Assembly: GCA_965249575.1 (NCBI GenBank)
Contig: OZ252244.1
Location: 416,001-480,000, forward strand
Origin: Gemmatimonadales bacterium
GTDB taxonomy: Bacteria; Gemmatimonadota; Gemmatimonadetes; Gemmatimonadales; GWC2-71-9
Length of the DNA: 64,000 nucleotides
Direction: 5' to 3'
A model generated the notes under the pieces. The model was not told where the DNA came from, made no database searches, and saw only the letters and a program-made list of their open reading frames with translations. Shown piece after piece: positions 9,899 through 23,060 of this stretch. A program made the position numbers and the translations under genes. Numbering within the stretch: the first letter of the stretch is position 1; every line of letters begins with the position of its first letter.

Positions 9899-10666
9899 CT
9901 ACACCTTCGGCAAAAAAGGATCCCTTGATGATGCCAGCTCAATAGCTTCTTTCATTTCGCCAACCCAAGGCTTGCCGTGCCCTGATAGCATAGTTACTTC
10001 TCCAATTTCGTTGAGTAAGCCAAGCGACTGATGGGCTTGTGTAAAATCGTTGTTCAGCAAGGGATGAGTCACTTGTGGATCGCCATGTTTTCCGGTCATC
10101 AGATTTCGGGTAACCAAAGTATCTCCGCTAAACAACACATTGCGCTTGGGCAGATAAAAAACTACCTCGCCTGCGGTATGCCCCGGCGTGTGAATTACGA
10201 GAGGTTTTCCGGGTACATCGAGAGTTTCACCATCCATAAAGGTTTTTACTCTTCTAATTTTTGGTAGGCTAAACACCCCATTAACCAACGCCGTGCCCAG
10301 CATTGTAGCAATATAAGGTCGCCAGGCATTGGACAATAATCCGTACCAGGGCAATTGTAATGCAGTGCCAGCCATTGCCGCATCTTCTTTATGGATATAA
10401 ACTGGGACTTTGGTTTGCGTTCTCAGCTTTTCGGCAAAACCAACGTGATCAGCATGGGCGTGGGTCAGAATGATTGCCTCCAAATCTTTGATATCAAAAC
10501 CAAGTGAGGCTATGCCTTTGGTAAAAACGCTGTAGTTTCCCGGAAAACCGGCATCTACCAGGGTTAGTCTTCCTTCGTCCTCAATGATGTACCAGTTGAA
10601 TGGTCCCGTATCGAAGTGGTAAATGCCTGGGGCTATAGTGGCTTCTGTTCTTTTTTGATGCCGCAT
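9899..10666 (-). CDS. Metallo-beta-lactamase-fold hydrolase
   Basis: THAHADHVG, HTPGHT, FSGD and SGHG motifs; markedly AT-richer than its flanks. Confidence 0.88.
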   Translation of the reverse strand: MRHQKRTEATIAPGIYHFDTGPFNWYIIEDEGRLTLVDAGFPGNYSVFTKGIASLGFDIKDLEAIILTHAHADHVGFAEKLRTQTKVPVYIHKEDAAMAGTALQLPWYGLLSNAWRPYIATMLGTALVNGVFSLPKIRRVKTFMDGETLDVPGKPLVIHTPGHTAGEVVFYLPKRNVLFSGDTLVTRNLMTGKHGDPQVTHPLLNNDFTQAHQSLGLLNEIGEVTMLSGHGKPWVGEMKEAIELASSRDPFLPKV

Positions 10667-10814
10667 AATTCGTGAGTCCTTTATAAAGCATACCAAGTAG
10701 TATGTTAGGTCACGCCGAGGTCTTCATCGCCTACACTTGTGGGGACAGACACTCCGGCTTGCTCCCAACTCTGCGCATATTCTTAGACTGGCCGCGGCGC
10801 ACCCTCCGCGAGAG

Positions 10815-11327
10815 ATGGTCCGCAATGGGCGGAGGCCGGTTCCGCCCCCTTTTAGTCGGCACAAGGGATACACCCGGGAGGGTGGTATTGTCGCCCCGAT
10901 GGTGGTCTCGGGCGTGCGTGTATCTGCACGCAGTGCTATCGATCGGTCGTACGTAACGGTCATGGACCTCGCGCCCACGTTCCTCGAGTTGGCCAGTGCC
11001 GAGTACCCCGCCGACGGATCCGTATGGCCGATGCTCGGCGAGAGCATGCTCCCATTGCTCTCTGGAACGGCCACTTCCGTTCATGCAGAAGACTACATCA
11101 CCACCTTGTACCATGAAGGACGGGCCTTCATCCGACAGGGCAAGTGGAAGCTCGTGAACCTAGAGCCTCCCTTCGCCGAGTCCGAGTTTGAGCTCTACGA
11201 CCTCGAAGCCGACCCGGGAGAAACCACGAATCTGGCGGAGGTCGAGCCGCAGCGATTTCTGATGATGGTCGAGTTGTGGCGAGAGAAGCGTCGCGAGCTT
11301 GGGATCGTTCTGCCCAGCGACTTGTAG
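10815..11327 (+). pseudogene. C-terminal fragment of an arylsulfatase
   Basis: [48 protein letters not shown]; lacks the CxPxR N-terminal half. Confidence 0.85.
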
Positions 11328-11354
11328 CGGACGGTCCAGACACGTTGAGCAATC

Positions 11355-11534
11355 GAACCGCTCGGCCCCGAGGACGGCGGCGAGCTCGGGACGGAGGACC
11401 TTGACCGCCACCTTCCGGTGATGTTTGAGATCTTCGGCGAGATAGACCGTGGCCATGCCGCCCGCCCCGAGTTCGCGCTCGATGCGGTAGCGGTCGGACA
11501 GAGCGGTTTTCAGGCGTTCGAGAAGATCGGCCAC
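11355..11534 (-). pseudogene. Ser/Thr protein kinase N-terminal fragment (subdomains I-II)
   Basis: [60 protein letters not shown], then abrupt loss of homology. Confidence 0.9.
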
Positions 11535-11971
11535 GCAGTATCCGATTTGGCGAAGTCGCTAAAGTAGAACCTCGGGAGGGCGTCAGCCAGACGTGATCTA
11601 CTATGCGCAGTCGTTGAGAGCGCTAACGCTCGGAGATAATTCACCTTCCGACTAACGACACCAATACCCGGGCGGACGGAGACCGCTTTCGGCCAGTTCG
11701 GCAGGAATCGGTGTCGCTTTCAAGTCCAGTCCTCGGCACTCGAATTACGGTTGTACCGGTGGACGAGTAAGCCGCCGTATGCGGGTTCCTCATCGGCTGT
11801 ATTCGTGACGTCACCGCGGTCCCAGCGTCGTGAGTGAAGCTTCCGATCGGCACTGTTGCTTCCAGTCTACCGGCAGCGGATCCTAGAAGCATCCCCAGCT
11901 TCGACGTATGTTGGGGATCGGTCGAGCAACGGCGAATCGCGGGAGGATCGGGTGAACCCGAGGTTGGCGGT

Positions 11972-13114
11972 GTGAAGAGTTGGCTGCTGGTCTTATCAAT
12001 TGGGATCATTCCGACTGCTCGAGCCCAAGAGCTCCCGGGCCGGCAGATCGCACCAGAAGCGGCCGTCTTTGAAGCTGTACGAAGCGGTGTCCTACGCATC
12101 GACGCCGGTCTTCGGCATGGCACCGCCTTCCTTGTCGACACCCTCGGTGGCGTGCTCGTTACTACCGATCACGTGATTGGTGACGGCAGAGATCTCAGCA
12201 TCAAGGTCGATTCGGCCACGCGCGTCCCAGTGCAAATCGTGGGGCGAGACCGTGATGCGGATCTCGCAATTCTGCGGATCGATCTTTCAACCTGTCAGCA
12301 CTGCAGCAGGCTCTCATTGGCAACGCATGCCACTGAGGACGTACCGCTCGCGCATCCCGGGGAGCGGGTGATGGCCTTAGGATATCCGCTGAGCCAGGGT
12401 TTGGTTCTCACGACTGGGATAGTCAGCAGCATCCGGCGCGGCGTCGTTATCTCTGACATCAACACAAACCCAGGCAACTCCGGCGGGCCGTTGGTCAACA
12501 TGGCCGGTGAGGTGATCGGCATCAATACGTTTGCTGACCAATCGCCTCGGATCGGTCCCGGCATATCGGGAGCGTTGGTCGTGGGAGAGCTGTCCTCCCT
12601 CATCGCTCGTGCAGAAATGACCATTGGCGACCTGCCCACGCCGCCAGCAGGCCGACTGCCAGTCATGCCCGCTATGAATTACCCCGTCGACGTACTCCGC
12701 AGCGTTGCTGACACCCTCCCCCTTGAAGTATACGACAGGTCCATAGGTATCAGATTGGGGATGTTCAACGTCACGGTGATCACGCCGCTGATGCAATTTG
12801 CCTTCATAAGATCCGCGACCGAGCGGCAGTCGCGAGGTCGTCGCGCTCGAGAGGAACGCGCCGGTGTGCCAAAGAGTGGCCGCTACCGGTCCCAGGGTTA
12901 CCGTGACTGGAACCAATATGTTGGAGATGAGACCGCCCCCGTAATCGGGATAAGCGTAGAGGCGCGGCTGGCGGGACAGATTACGGGAGATGTGCAGGGC
13001 GACGTGGAAGAGGTTCAGATCTTCCGAGCCGGTCGTCTCGTATATCCTGTCCGAGGAGGGAGGTCGGCTGAACGCATTGGGGAGGATGTGATTTACGGCA
13101 GCACGCATCCGTGA
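11972..13114 (+). CDS. Secreted trypsin-like (S1C) serine protease
   Basis: Signal peptide; TTDHV, DLAILRI and NPGNSGGPLVNMAGEVIGIN catalytic motifs; no PDZ domain recognised. Confidence 0.85.
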   Translation: MKSWLLVLSIGIIPTARAQELPGRQIAPEAAVFEAVRSGVLRIDAGLRHGTAFLVDTLGGVLVTTDHVIGDGRDLSIKVDSATRVPVQIVGRDRDADLAILRIDLSTCQHCSRLSLATHATEDVPLAHPGERVMALGYPLSQGLVLTTGIVSSIRRGVVISDINTNPGNSGGPLVNMAGEVIGINTFADQSPRIGPGISGALVVGELSSLIARAEMTIGDLPTPPAGRLPVMPAMNYPVDVLRSVADTLPLEVYDRSIGIRLGMFNVTVITPLMQFAFIRSATERQSRGRRAREERAGVPKSGRYRSQGYRDWNQYVGDETAPVIGISVEARLAGQITGDVQGDVEEVQIFRAGRLVYPVRGGRSAERIGEDVIYGSTHP

Positions 13115-13132
13115 CCAAGGAGGAGGAACCCC

Positions 13133-14296
13133 GTGACCGAAAGGGGAAGGCACAAACATCGAAGGGGCGTGTTCAGGCGGTCCAAGTCTCCATACTACTG
13201 GGCCGACTATGTAGATGCGGCTGGGCGACGCCATCGCCGCTCAACTGGCAAGGAGACACGCCGCGAGGCAGAGCAGGTCCGAGCCAAGTGGCTGGGCGAG
13301 AAACCAGGCGTGCTTGTGGACCCCGCATTCGAGGAATTAGTAGAGGATCTACGGGCGGACTACGACGCCCAAGACCAACGTTCGTGGAGAAGGGTCGAAC
13401 AGGCTCTGACGCACCTGCGGCTTGTCTTCGGCAACAGAAGGGCTAGTCGGATAACTGCACGCGCAGTGAGAGACTACCGAAATGCGCGTTGTGATGCGGG
13501 GGCTGCCAAGAGCACGGTGGCCTACGAGCTGGCAGTGCTCCAGAGGATGTTCAACCTCGGGAAGCGAAACGAGAAACTGGACACCATACCGACGTTTCCG
13601 GAGTTGCGGGTCAACAACGCTCGCGACGAGTACATCACCGAGGGTGAGTTCGCTGGACTCATGGTCGAGTTATCGACGCCGCTTCTGGGGTTCGTTGCTT
13701 TTCGGTATTGCACGGGCTGGTGCGACGGAGAGACGTTACGCCTGCGGTGGACGCAGATCGACTGGAAGAACGGCGAAGTCTTCGTTGAGCGAGGTGCAGC
13801 GTCAAAGAACTACGAACCGCGACGCTTCCCATTTCACAATTACCCCGAGCTGCGAGGGGTCCTCGAATCGCAACGAGCCTACACACAGGAGTGCGAGCGT
13901 CGCACGGGGCAGGAGATCGAGTTGGTGTTTCACCGAGAGGGCCAGCCGATCAGAACGTTCCGAAGGGCATGGGTAGGTGCCTGCAAGCGCGTCGGCGCGA
14001 TTGCTCGTGACGGGCGGCCGAAGCGCCCGCACGATCTGTGTCGGAGCGCCGCACGCCGAATGGAACAGGCCGGTATCCCGCGCAGCATCGCCAGGGCTTT
14101 ATTCGGGCGCCGTACCGAAAGCATCTTCACACGGTACGCCGTGGTGGACGCCGGTCGCGACCTAGCAGCCGGTACGGAACGCCTGGCTTCACTGGCGAAA
14201 AGGCACATTATAGGCACACCAGCGGCGGAATATCACAAATATGGCGCTCCCGCTGACACAGGAACGCCATACACCACAGCGAGTTATGAACAATAG
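13133..14296 (+). CDS. Tyrosine recombinase/phage integrase with substituted catalytic residues
   Basis: RBS GGAGGAGG; arm-binding N-terminus (YYWADYVDAAGRRHRRSTG); TGW[C]xxE, HDL[C]R and G[R]RTESIFTRY; stop codon lies inside the att core. Confidence 0.92.
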   Translation: MTERGRHKHRRGVFRRSKSPYYWADYVDAAGRRHRRSTGKETRREAEQVRAKWLGEKPGVLVDPAFEELVEDLRADYDAQDQRSWRRVEQALTHLRLVFGNRRASRITARAVRDYRNARCDAGAAKSTVAYELAVLQRMFNLGKRNEKLDTIPTFPELRVNNARDEYITEGEFAGLMVELSTPLLGFVAFRYCTGWCDGETLRLRWTQIDWKNGEVFVERGAASKNYEPRRFPFHNYPELRGVLESQRAYTQECERRTGQEIELVFHREGQPIRTFRRAWVGACKRVGAIARDGRPKRPHDLCRSAARRMEQAGIPRSIARALFGRRTESIFTRYAVVDAGRDLAAGTERLASLAKRHIIGTPAAEYHKYGAPADTGTPYTTASYEQ

Positions 14297-14367
14297 CGGA
14301 GGAGGGACTCGAACCCCCGACACGCGGATTATGATTCCGCTGCTCTAACCAGCTGAGCTACTCCGCC
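14294..14367 (-). tRNA. tRNA-Met(CAT), probably elongator; CCA not encoded
   Basis: GGCGGAGTAGCTCAGCTGGTTAGAGCAGCGGAATCATAATCCGCGTGTCGGGGGTTCGAGTCCCTCCTCCGCTA folds as a cloverleaf with anticodon CAT. Confidence 0.95.
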
Positions 14368-14501
14368 GAAGAGGTTCCGGGTTCCAGGTTCCAGTGGCAC
14401 CGGTGTCACCGTTCGAATCCGGGTGCCACGCCTAACCCCCAATCCCCTGGCACATGGCACCTGGCCCCTGGAAAAAACTCTACCCCCTCAGTCCCCCACC
14501 A

Positions 14502-16802
<2,301 letters not shown>

Positions 16803-16918
16803 AAAGAGGCTTCAGGTCTCAGGTGTCGGGTGTCAGTGCTAACGGTGTCGGGTTCGACGTACGGCCGCCATGCCTGCCCCCGGGGATCTCCTGGCACCTC
16901 GCACCCGAAACCTGGCAC

Positions 16919-17881
16919 CTAGGCAAAATGCCCAAACGTCCCCTCCACCTCGACCGGCTTCCCTTCCCTTTCCACTGAGACGCCGTCTCCCTCTATGACT
17001 CGGCCGATCTCGGTGAGTGGGATTCCAAATTGCGCGGCGAAGTCGTCTATCAGTTCCCCACCCTTCGACGTGTCGAGCGCCACGAGTAGCTCGTACTCCT
17101 CGCCACCGACCAGGGCGTCGAGCGGGTCGTCGCTGCCTGAGTGTACGGGCACACGGCCGGCATCGAGGACGAGGGCGACACCCGACGCCGCGGCGAGGTG
17201 GCCGGCGTCCCGGGCGAGACCGTCGCTGAGATCGATCATCGTTCGCGCTCCCTTGTCGCGGAGCCACTGGGCCTCCGCGATCCGTGGCGTGGGACGGACG
17301 AATCGCTCGCGCGCGGTTCGCTCCGGCTCTCGGCCTGCCTGCCAGGCCCTGAGCGCGGCGTGCGGGCCGCCGAGCGCGCCGGTGACCCAGAGGCCGTCGC
17401 CCAGCCGAGCGCCGCCGCGACCGATCGCGGCGCCCTCGCCCTGCAATCGTCCGAGCACCGCGACGTCCACGATCGTGCGCTCGCTCCGAACGAGGTCACC
17501 CCCCAACACTGTTGCGCCGACCGAGGCCGCGGCCTCTCCGGCGCCAGCCACTAGCTCGCTCACGTGCTCCTCCGGCCATTCTTCGGAGACGCCGAGGCTC
17601 ACCAGGATGCCGACCGGTGTCGCGGCGACCGCGGCCAGATCGGACAGCGCGCCGGCGGCCGCGCGCCAGCCGGCCTCGGCCGGGGAAATCCAGCCGAGCC
17701 GAAAGTGCACCCCCTCTACGGATAGATCGGTCGAGAGGGCGAGCCGCTCCCCGCCCACGGTGACGATCGCGCAGTCCTCACCGCCCGCGGCGCCCCGGTC
17801 GCCCAAGCGGCGCCAGATGCCGCGAATGCGGTCGAACTCACCGCCCGCACCGAGTGGCGTGTGGCTCACTCGACCGGTCAC
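16919..17881 (-). CDS. thiL: Thiamine-monophosphate kinase
   Basis: GEFDRI, VEGVHFR, LSDLAA, GGD, IDLSDGL, GGEEYEL. Confidence 0.93.
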   Translation of the reverse strand: MTGRVSHTPLGAGGEFDRIRGIWRRLGDRGAAGGEDCAIVTVGGERLALSTDLSVEGVHFRLGWISPAEAGWRAAAGALSDLAAVAATPVGILVSLGVSEEWPEEHVSELVAGAGEAAASVGATVLGGDLVRSERTIVDVAVLGRLQGEGAAIGRGGARLGDGLWVTGALGGPHAALRAWQAGREPERTARERFVRPTPRIAEAQWLRDKGARTMIDLSDGLARDAGHLAAASGVALVLDAGRVPVHSGSDDPLDALVGGEEYELLVALDTSKGGELIDDFAAQFGIPLTEIGRVIEGDGVSVEREGKPVEVEGTFGHFA

Positions 17882-19455
17882 GGGCTGAGCGCGGAACGCG
17901 AGAAACGCACGAGTCCGCGATCGGTGCCGACCCAGACGAACCGTTTGGTTGCGGCCAGGTCCCGCACCGGACCCGGAAGGTCGCCCGCAGCGTTGAAGGC
18001 CCGGAAATCCCTCGTGGCAAACCGGTAGAAGCCGAACCCCCGCTCGCCGCCCACCCAGACGCCCTCGTCGTCGGCCTCGAGCACCGACACGTAACCGACC
18101 GCCTGCGCGGCGAGCCGGTCTTCGGTCCAGATGCCGTCCGGGTCACGCCACGCGAGGTGCTGCGGCCCGGCGACGACCAGCGTCCCCTCCCGATGGGCGG
18201 TCGCGACGATAGTCCCGCGCAGGAACGGCAGCGAGTGATACTTGGACGGCACGATGAGCGTCATCGACCGCGCCGTGGCAACGCCCAGACCGGCATCGGT
18301 ACCGACCCACACGGTGTCCCCGGCGGCTGCCAGCGCGAGGACCGGCGCGCCCCGGCCGCCGTCCACTTGCTGGACGGCCCCTTCGCCATCGACGAGCGCG
18401 AGACCGCGCAGCGTCCCAACCCACACGCCATACGGGCTCGGGGCAAGCCGGGTGGCCTGGCGGTCGGGCAGTCCCTCGCGGGTGCCCAGGACGCGCCCCG
18501 CCGAGCCGCGCTCGACCAGCACGACGCCGGCGTCGGTCGCCGCCCAGAGCACGTCATCGATCAGCACCAGATCCACAACTTGCCGAAAGCGGAAGCCCGC
18601 GATTCGCCCGCCCTCTTCGTACTCGAAGTCCTGTAAGTCCTCGGTCACGTGGGTGAAGCCCACCCGGTACGACCTGCCTCCGGTCCCGACCCACACGCCG
18701 TCGGGCCCCGCGACGACCGCGCTGACCGCGTCGGCGAGCAAGCCAAACGGGTGGCGCTCGAATCGGGTGGTGAGGGGATCGACCTGGATGAGACCCAGCC
18801 CGTTGGTACCGAAGTAGACATCCTCCGTTTCGGCGACCGTGGCGGCACTGGTGTACTGATACGTCCTGAGCCGGTCGTCGGTGAGCACGTTCGCGCTCAA
18901 CGTCTCGGCGAACGGGACGCTCCCGATCACAACGCGGAGCCGTTGCGCGGCGACCCTGCGGCCTGGCGCCGGTACCTCGAACGCCGGCGTGGGTATGAGC
19001 GCCCCGCGGGCGAGAAACATCCACTGCCTTCCATCGGACAGGTACACCCCGCCGCCGGGATCGCGCTGGTCCAGCATGAGGTCGCGCACGCCGCCCGGGA
19101 CCCCCACGACCTCGAGGTAATCGAGCACCGGCCGGTAGTGCACCACCCCGGCGTCGCCCGCAATCCACACCGAGCCATCGATGGGGTCGGCGAGCGCGGC
19201 GTGCACTCGCTGGACCGGATATCCATCGAGCGGCGTGACCGGCGGCTCCCATCGCTCGAACCGGCGGTCGAACACGGTGAGCCCTCCCCGGGTGGCCGCG
19301 AACACGGCCGTGCGGGACGCCGCGACGGCCTCGACCCAGCCGAAGTCCGCCAACACCACCCGCTCGTCGGGCCGCCAACCGCGGGCGCCGCGCTGTCCCC
19401 AGGAGTCGGTCCCGCCGGCAAGCGCGGCGAGGAGAGCGAGCGCGCCGATTCTCAT
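17878..19455 (-). CDS. Secreted beta-propeller repeat hypothetical protein
   Basis: Signal peptide; repeated VWVGT..GL blades. Confidence 0.7.
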   Translation of the reverse strand: MRIGALALLAALAGGTDSWGQRGARGWRPDERVVLADFGWVEAVAASRTAVFAATRGGLTVFDRRFERWEPPVTPLDGYPVQRVHAALADPIDGSVWIAGDAGVVHYRPVLDYLEVVGVPGGVRDLMLDQRDPGGGVYLSDGRQWMFLARGALIPTPAFEVPAPGRRVAAQRLRVVIGSVPFAETLSANVLTDDRLRTYQYTSAATVAETEDVYFGTNGLGLIQVDPLTTRFERHPFGLLADAVSAVVAGPDGVWVGTGGRSYRVGFTHVTEDLQDFEYEEGGRIAGFRFRQVVDLVLIDDVLWAATDAGVVLVERGSAGRVLGTREGLPDRQATRLAPSPYGVWVGTLRGLALVDGEGAVQQVDGGRGAPVLALAAAGDTVWVGTDAGLGVATARSMTLIVPSKYHSLPFLRGTIVATAHREGTLVVAGPQHLAWRDPDGIWTEDRLAAQAVGYVSVLEADDEGVWVGGERGFGFYRFATRDFRAFNAAGDLPGPVRDLAATKRFVWVGTDRGLVRFSRSALSP

Positions 19456-20987
19456 CACGCGAGCGCGGGGGGTGCCAGGTCGAGCAGGATCGGCGGCACG
19501 AGTATTGGAGGCTCCGCCAGCGCGCGCCACAGATCGGGGAGGCTTTCGAGCACGTCGGCCGGCCGGGTCGACCGCACCCCGTGGAGGGCGGCGGCCAGCT
19601 CCGCGCTCCTGCCCATCACCTGGGCGCCGAGTGCCGCGGCGTCTTGCGGTGCGAGCCCGCGTGCCAGGAACGCCGCGATGAACCCCGCGAGCACGTCCCC
19701 GGTCCCGCCGGTCGCGAGCGCCGGGTTGCCGGCGGCGACCACGAGGCTCGCCCTTCCGGGCGCGGCGATCACGGTCGGCACACCCTTGAGCAGCACGGTC
19801 GCGCCGGAGGCATTGGCTCCGGCCGCTGCGGCGGCGAATCGATCGTCGTCGACCTGTTGCGAGAGGTCGGGGAAGGCCGAACGGAACTCACCCACGTGGG
19901 GCGTGAGCACCCGCGGGCGACGCGTGGCTGGCCCACTCGGTATGGCATGCAGCGCGTCCGCGTCGACGACGATCGGCTTTTCGGTCTCTAGCAACGCCTT
20001 CACGAACGGACCGCGGTCCGGGTGGCGCCCGAGCCCGGGCCCGACGGCAATCGCGTCGGCCCACTCGAGGGCCTCCGCGAGCCCGGGGTCGACGTCGGGC
20101 CCCAGGCTCGTGGGAACCGTGAGAGCATCCGGTAGGCTCGCCTGCGCGGCGCGAACGGTCGCCTCGGTCGCGGCGATCTTGGCGAGCCCCGCACCGGCCT
20201 CGAGCGCGGCCCGCGCGGCGTGAATCGCCGCTCCCGCCATCCCGTGATCGCCACCCACCACCAGCACCCGCCCCCTGTCGCCCTTGTGCATGTCCGCCCG
20301 AAACCCCGGCAGCCGTTCGCCAGCCCAGCGATCATCCACGACAGACGGCCAGTCCCGATCGGCCTCGGGGAACCCGATATCAATGGCCACCAATCGGCCG
20401 CACCGGTCGCGGGCCAGCAGGTGCCCTCGCCTCAAGCCCCCGAACGTGACGGTCAACGCTGCCCGCACCGGCCCATGAACCTCGCCGGTCGATAGGTCGA
20501 GACCGGTCGGTCCGTCAACGGCGGCGATCGGCGATCCGTGCGCGGCCAGCCCCTCCGCCAGGTCACCGACCTTGCCCCTGAGCAGTCCCGACGCCCCGGT
20601 GCCGAGCAGCCCGTCGATGAGGACTCCCGCCCGCGGCCACTGTGCCGCTGAATTCATCAGCTCCACGCCCTCGTCCAGCGCCAGTTGGCGATTGGACTCG
20701 CAATCGGGCGACCGCTTGGATCCGGTTTCCACCGCCCATACCCGCGTGCCCATTGCCCGGAGCGCCCGGGCGATGACCCAGCCGTCGCCCCCATTGTTGC
20801 CGTGACCGGCGGCGACCAGGACACCTTCGCTACTTGCCAGCTTATCACCGAAATGCCGGGCCACGACCTGCGCCGCGCCGCGGCCCGCCGATTCCATGAG
20901 CACCCGGCTCGGTACCTTGGCGACTTCCCGGGCGCGGCGGTCCCAGGCCGCGGCCTGTGCGGCGTCTATGACTGGCAACAGTGACAT
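19455..20987 (-). CDS. nnr: Bifunctional NAD(P)H-hydrate epimerase/dehydratase
   Basis: LMESAG, GNNGGDG, HKGDRG, GPGLG, DADAL, TPHVGE, LATGGTGDVLAG. Confidence 0.95.
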   Translation of the reverse strand: MSLLPVIDAAQAAAWDRRAREVAKVPSRVLMESAGRGAAQVVARHFGDKLASSEGVLVAAGHGNNGGDGWVIARALRAMGTRVWAVETGSKRSPDCESNRQLALDEGVELMNSAAQWPRAGVLIDGLLGTGASGLLRGKVGDLAEGLAAHGSPIAAVDGPTGLDLSTGEVHGPVRAALTVTFGGLRRGHLLARDRCGRLVAIDIGFPEADRDWPSVVDDRWAGERLPGFRADMHKGDRGRVLVVGGDHGMAGAAIHAARAALEAGAGLAKIAATEATVRAAQASLPDALTVPTSLGPDVDPGLAEALEWADAIAVGPGLGRHPDRGPFVKALLETEKPIVVDADALHAIPSGPATRRPRVLTPHVGEFRSAFPDLSQQVDDDRFAAAAAGANASGATVLLKGVPTVIAAPGRASLVVAAGNPALATGGTGDVLAGFIAAFLARGLAPQDAAALGAQVMGRSAELAAALHGVRSTRPADVLESLPDLWRALAEPPILVPPILLDLAPPALA

Positions 20988-21082
20988 GGAATCAAGTATA
21001 CGAGGAGCGGAGCGGGGGGGCCCGCGCGTCTTAAACGTCGCGGGGGCCGGCCCCGCATTCTACGTCATGCCCGATCGGGGCC

Positions 21083-21277
21083 CTACTTGAAGCTCTGCCC
21101 GATCGCTCGACCGAGCGAGATCTCGCCGTTATCGATTCTGAGATTGAAGCCGCAATCGGGGTTCGTGCAGACCCAGGCCTTGTAGGTGATGGGCGCCCCG
21201 TCACGCCCGTAGTCGGAGAGTGGAATCAGCAGCCCGTTGGTACACTTCTGACACCCTGGCCATCCCTTCTCCTCCAT
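21083..21277 (-). CDS. Small Zn-ribbon protein (64 aa)
   Basis: CQKC...CTNPDC; clean GC3-biased codon usage; in operon context. Confidence 0.7.
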   Translation of the reverse strand: MEEKGWPGCQKCTNGLLIPLSDYGRDGAPITYKAWVCTNPDCGFNLRIDNGEISLGRAIGQSFK

Positions 21278-21332
21278 GGTGCACCCCCAGTCTCCAACGC
21301 CGCCGGTTAGGGAAGGGCTCTGGCCCGACCCG

Positions 21333-21731
21333 CTACGGGGCTTCTACGGAGCGTCGCATCCCCGCCCACGGGTAATCACCGTCAAACGCGTTGGCAAAGT
21401 CGTAAACGGACACGAAGTCGTCAAGCTGATCGTCGGGCTGCCGCACGAGCAGGCCGATCTCGATCAACACGAATACGATGCGCCCGATGTCTTCCGTTCC
21501 CGAAACGCCCCAGTGCGACAGGACGGTTCGCGCGGTGAGGCCGAATCGCTCCACGGCGAAGTCCCGGCACGCCCAGGCCAGTTCCGCGCCCGAAATGTGG
21601 CGCCGCTCCGGCAACTGCTGCTGGCGGAATTCCAGGGCCGCGAGCACGAACAGGTATGCCCGCTCGTGGTACCGGCCATCCAGGGCCCGGATCCTGTCCA
21701 GGACCTCGTCTGAAAACCGAAGCTCGTTCAC
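21333..21731 (-). CDS. Minf_1886 family (TIGR04138-like) protein
   Basis: AYLFVLAAL, RHISGAEL, FGLTARTVLSHWGV..TEDIGRIVF.LIE, DF..VYDF. Confidence 0.8.
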   Translation of the reverse strand: MNELRFSDEVLDRIRALDGRYHERAYLFVLAALEFRQQQLPERRHISGAELAWACRDFAVERFGLTARTVLSHWGVSGTEDIGRIVFVLIEIGLLVRQPDDQLDDFVSVYDFANAFDGDYPWAGMRRSVEAP

Positions 21732-21791
21732 GGCTACAAAGGTGGGATTCCGGCGCTCAAGGAGCAAGAGGGAGACCGCCGGCCCAGAGGC

Positions 21792-23056
<1,265 letters not shown>

Positions 23057-23060
<4 letters not shown>

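Larger units (their letters stand above)
5869..14336. mobile_element. Degenerate genomic island integrated in tRNA-Met(CAT)
   Basis: 46-bp direct repeat, tyrosine integrase next to the intact tRNA, compositionally mixed and fragmentary cargo. Confidence 0.9.
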
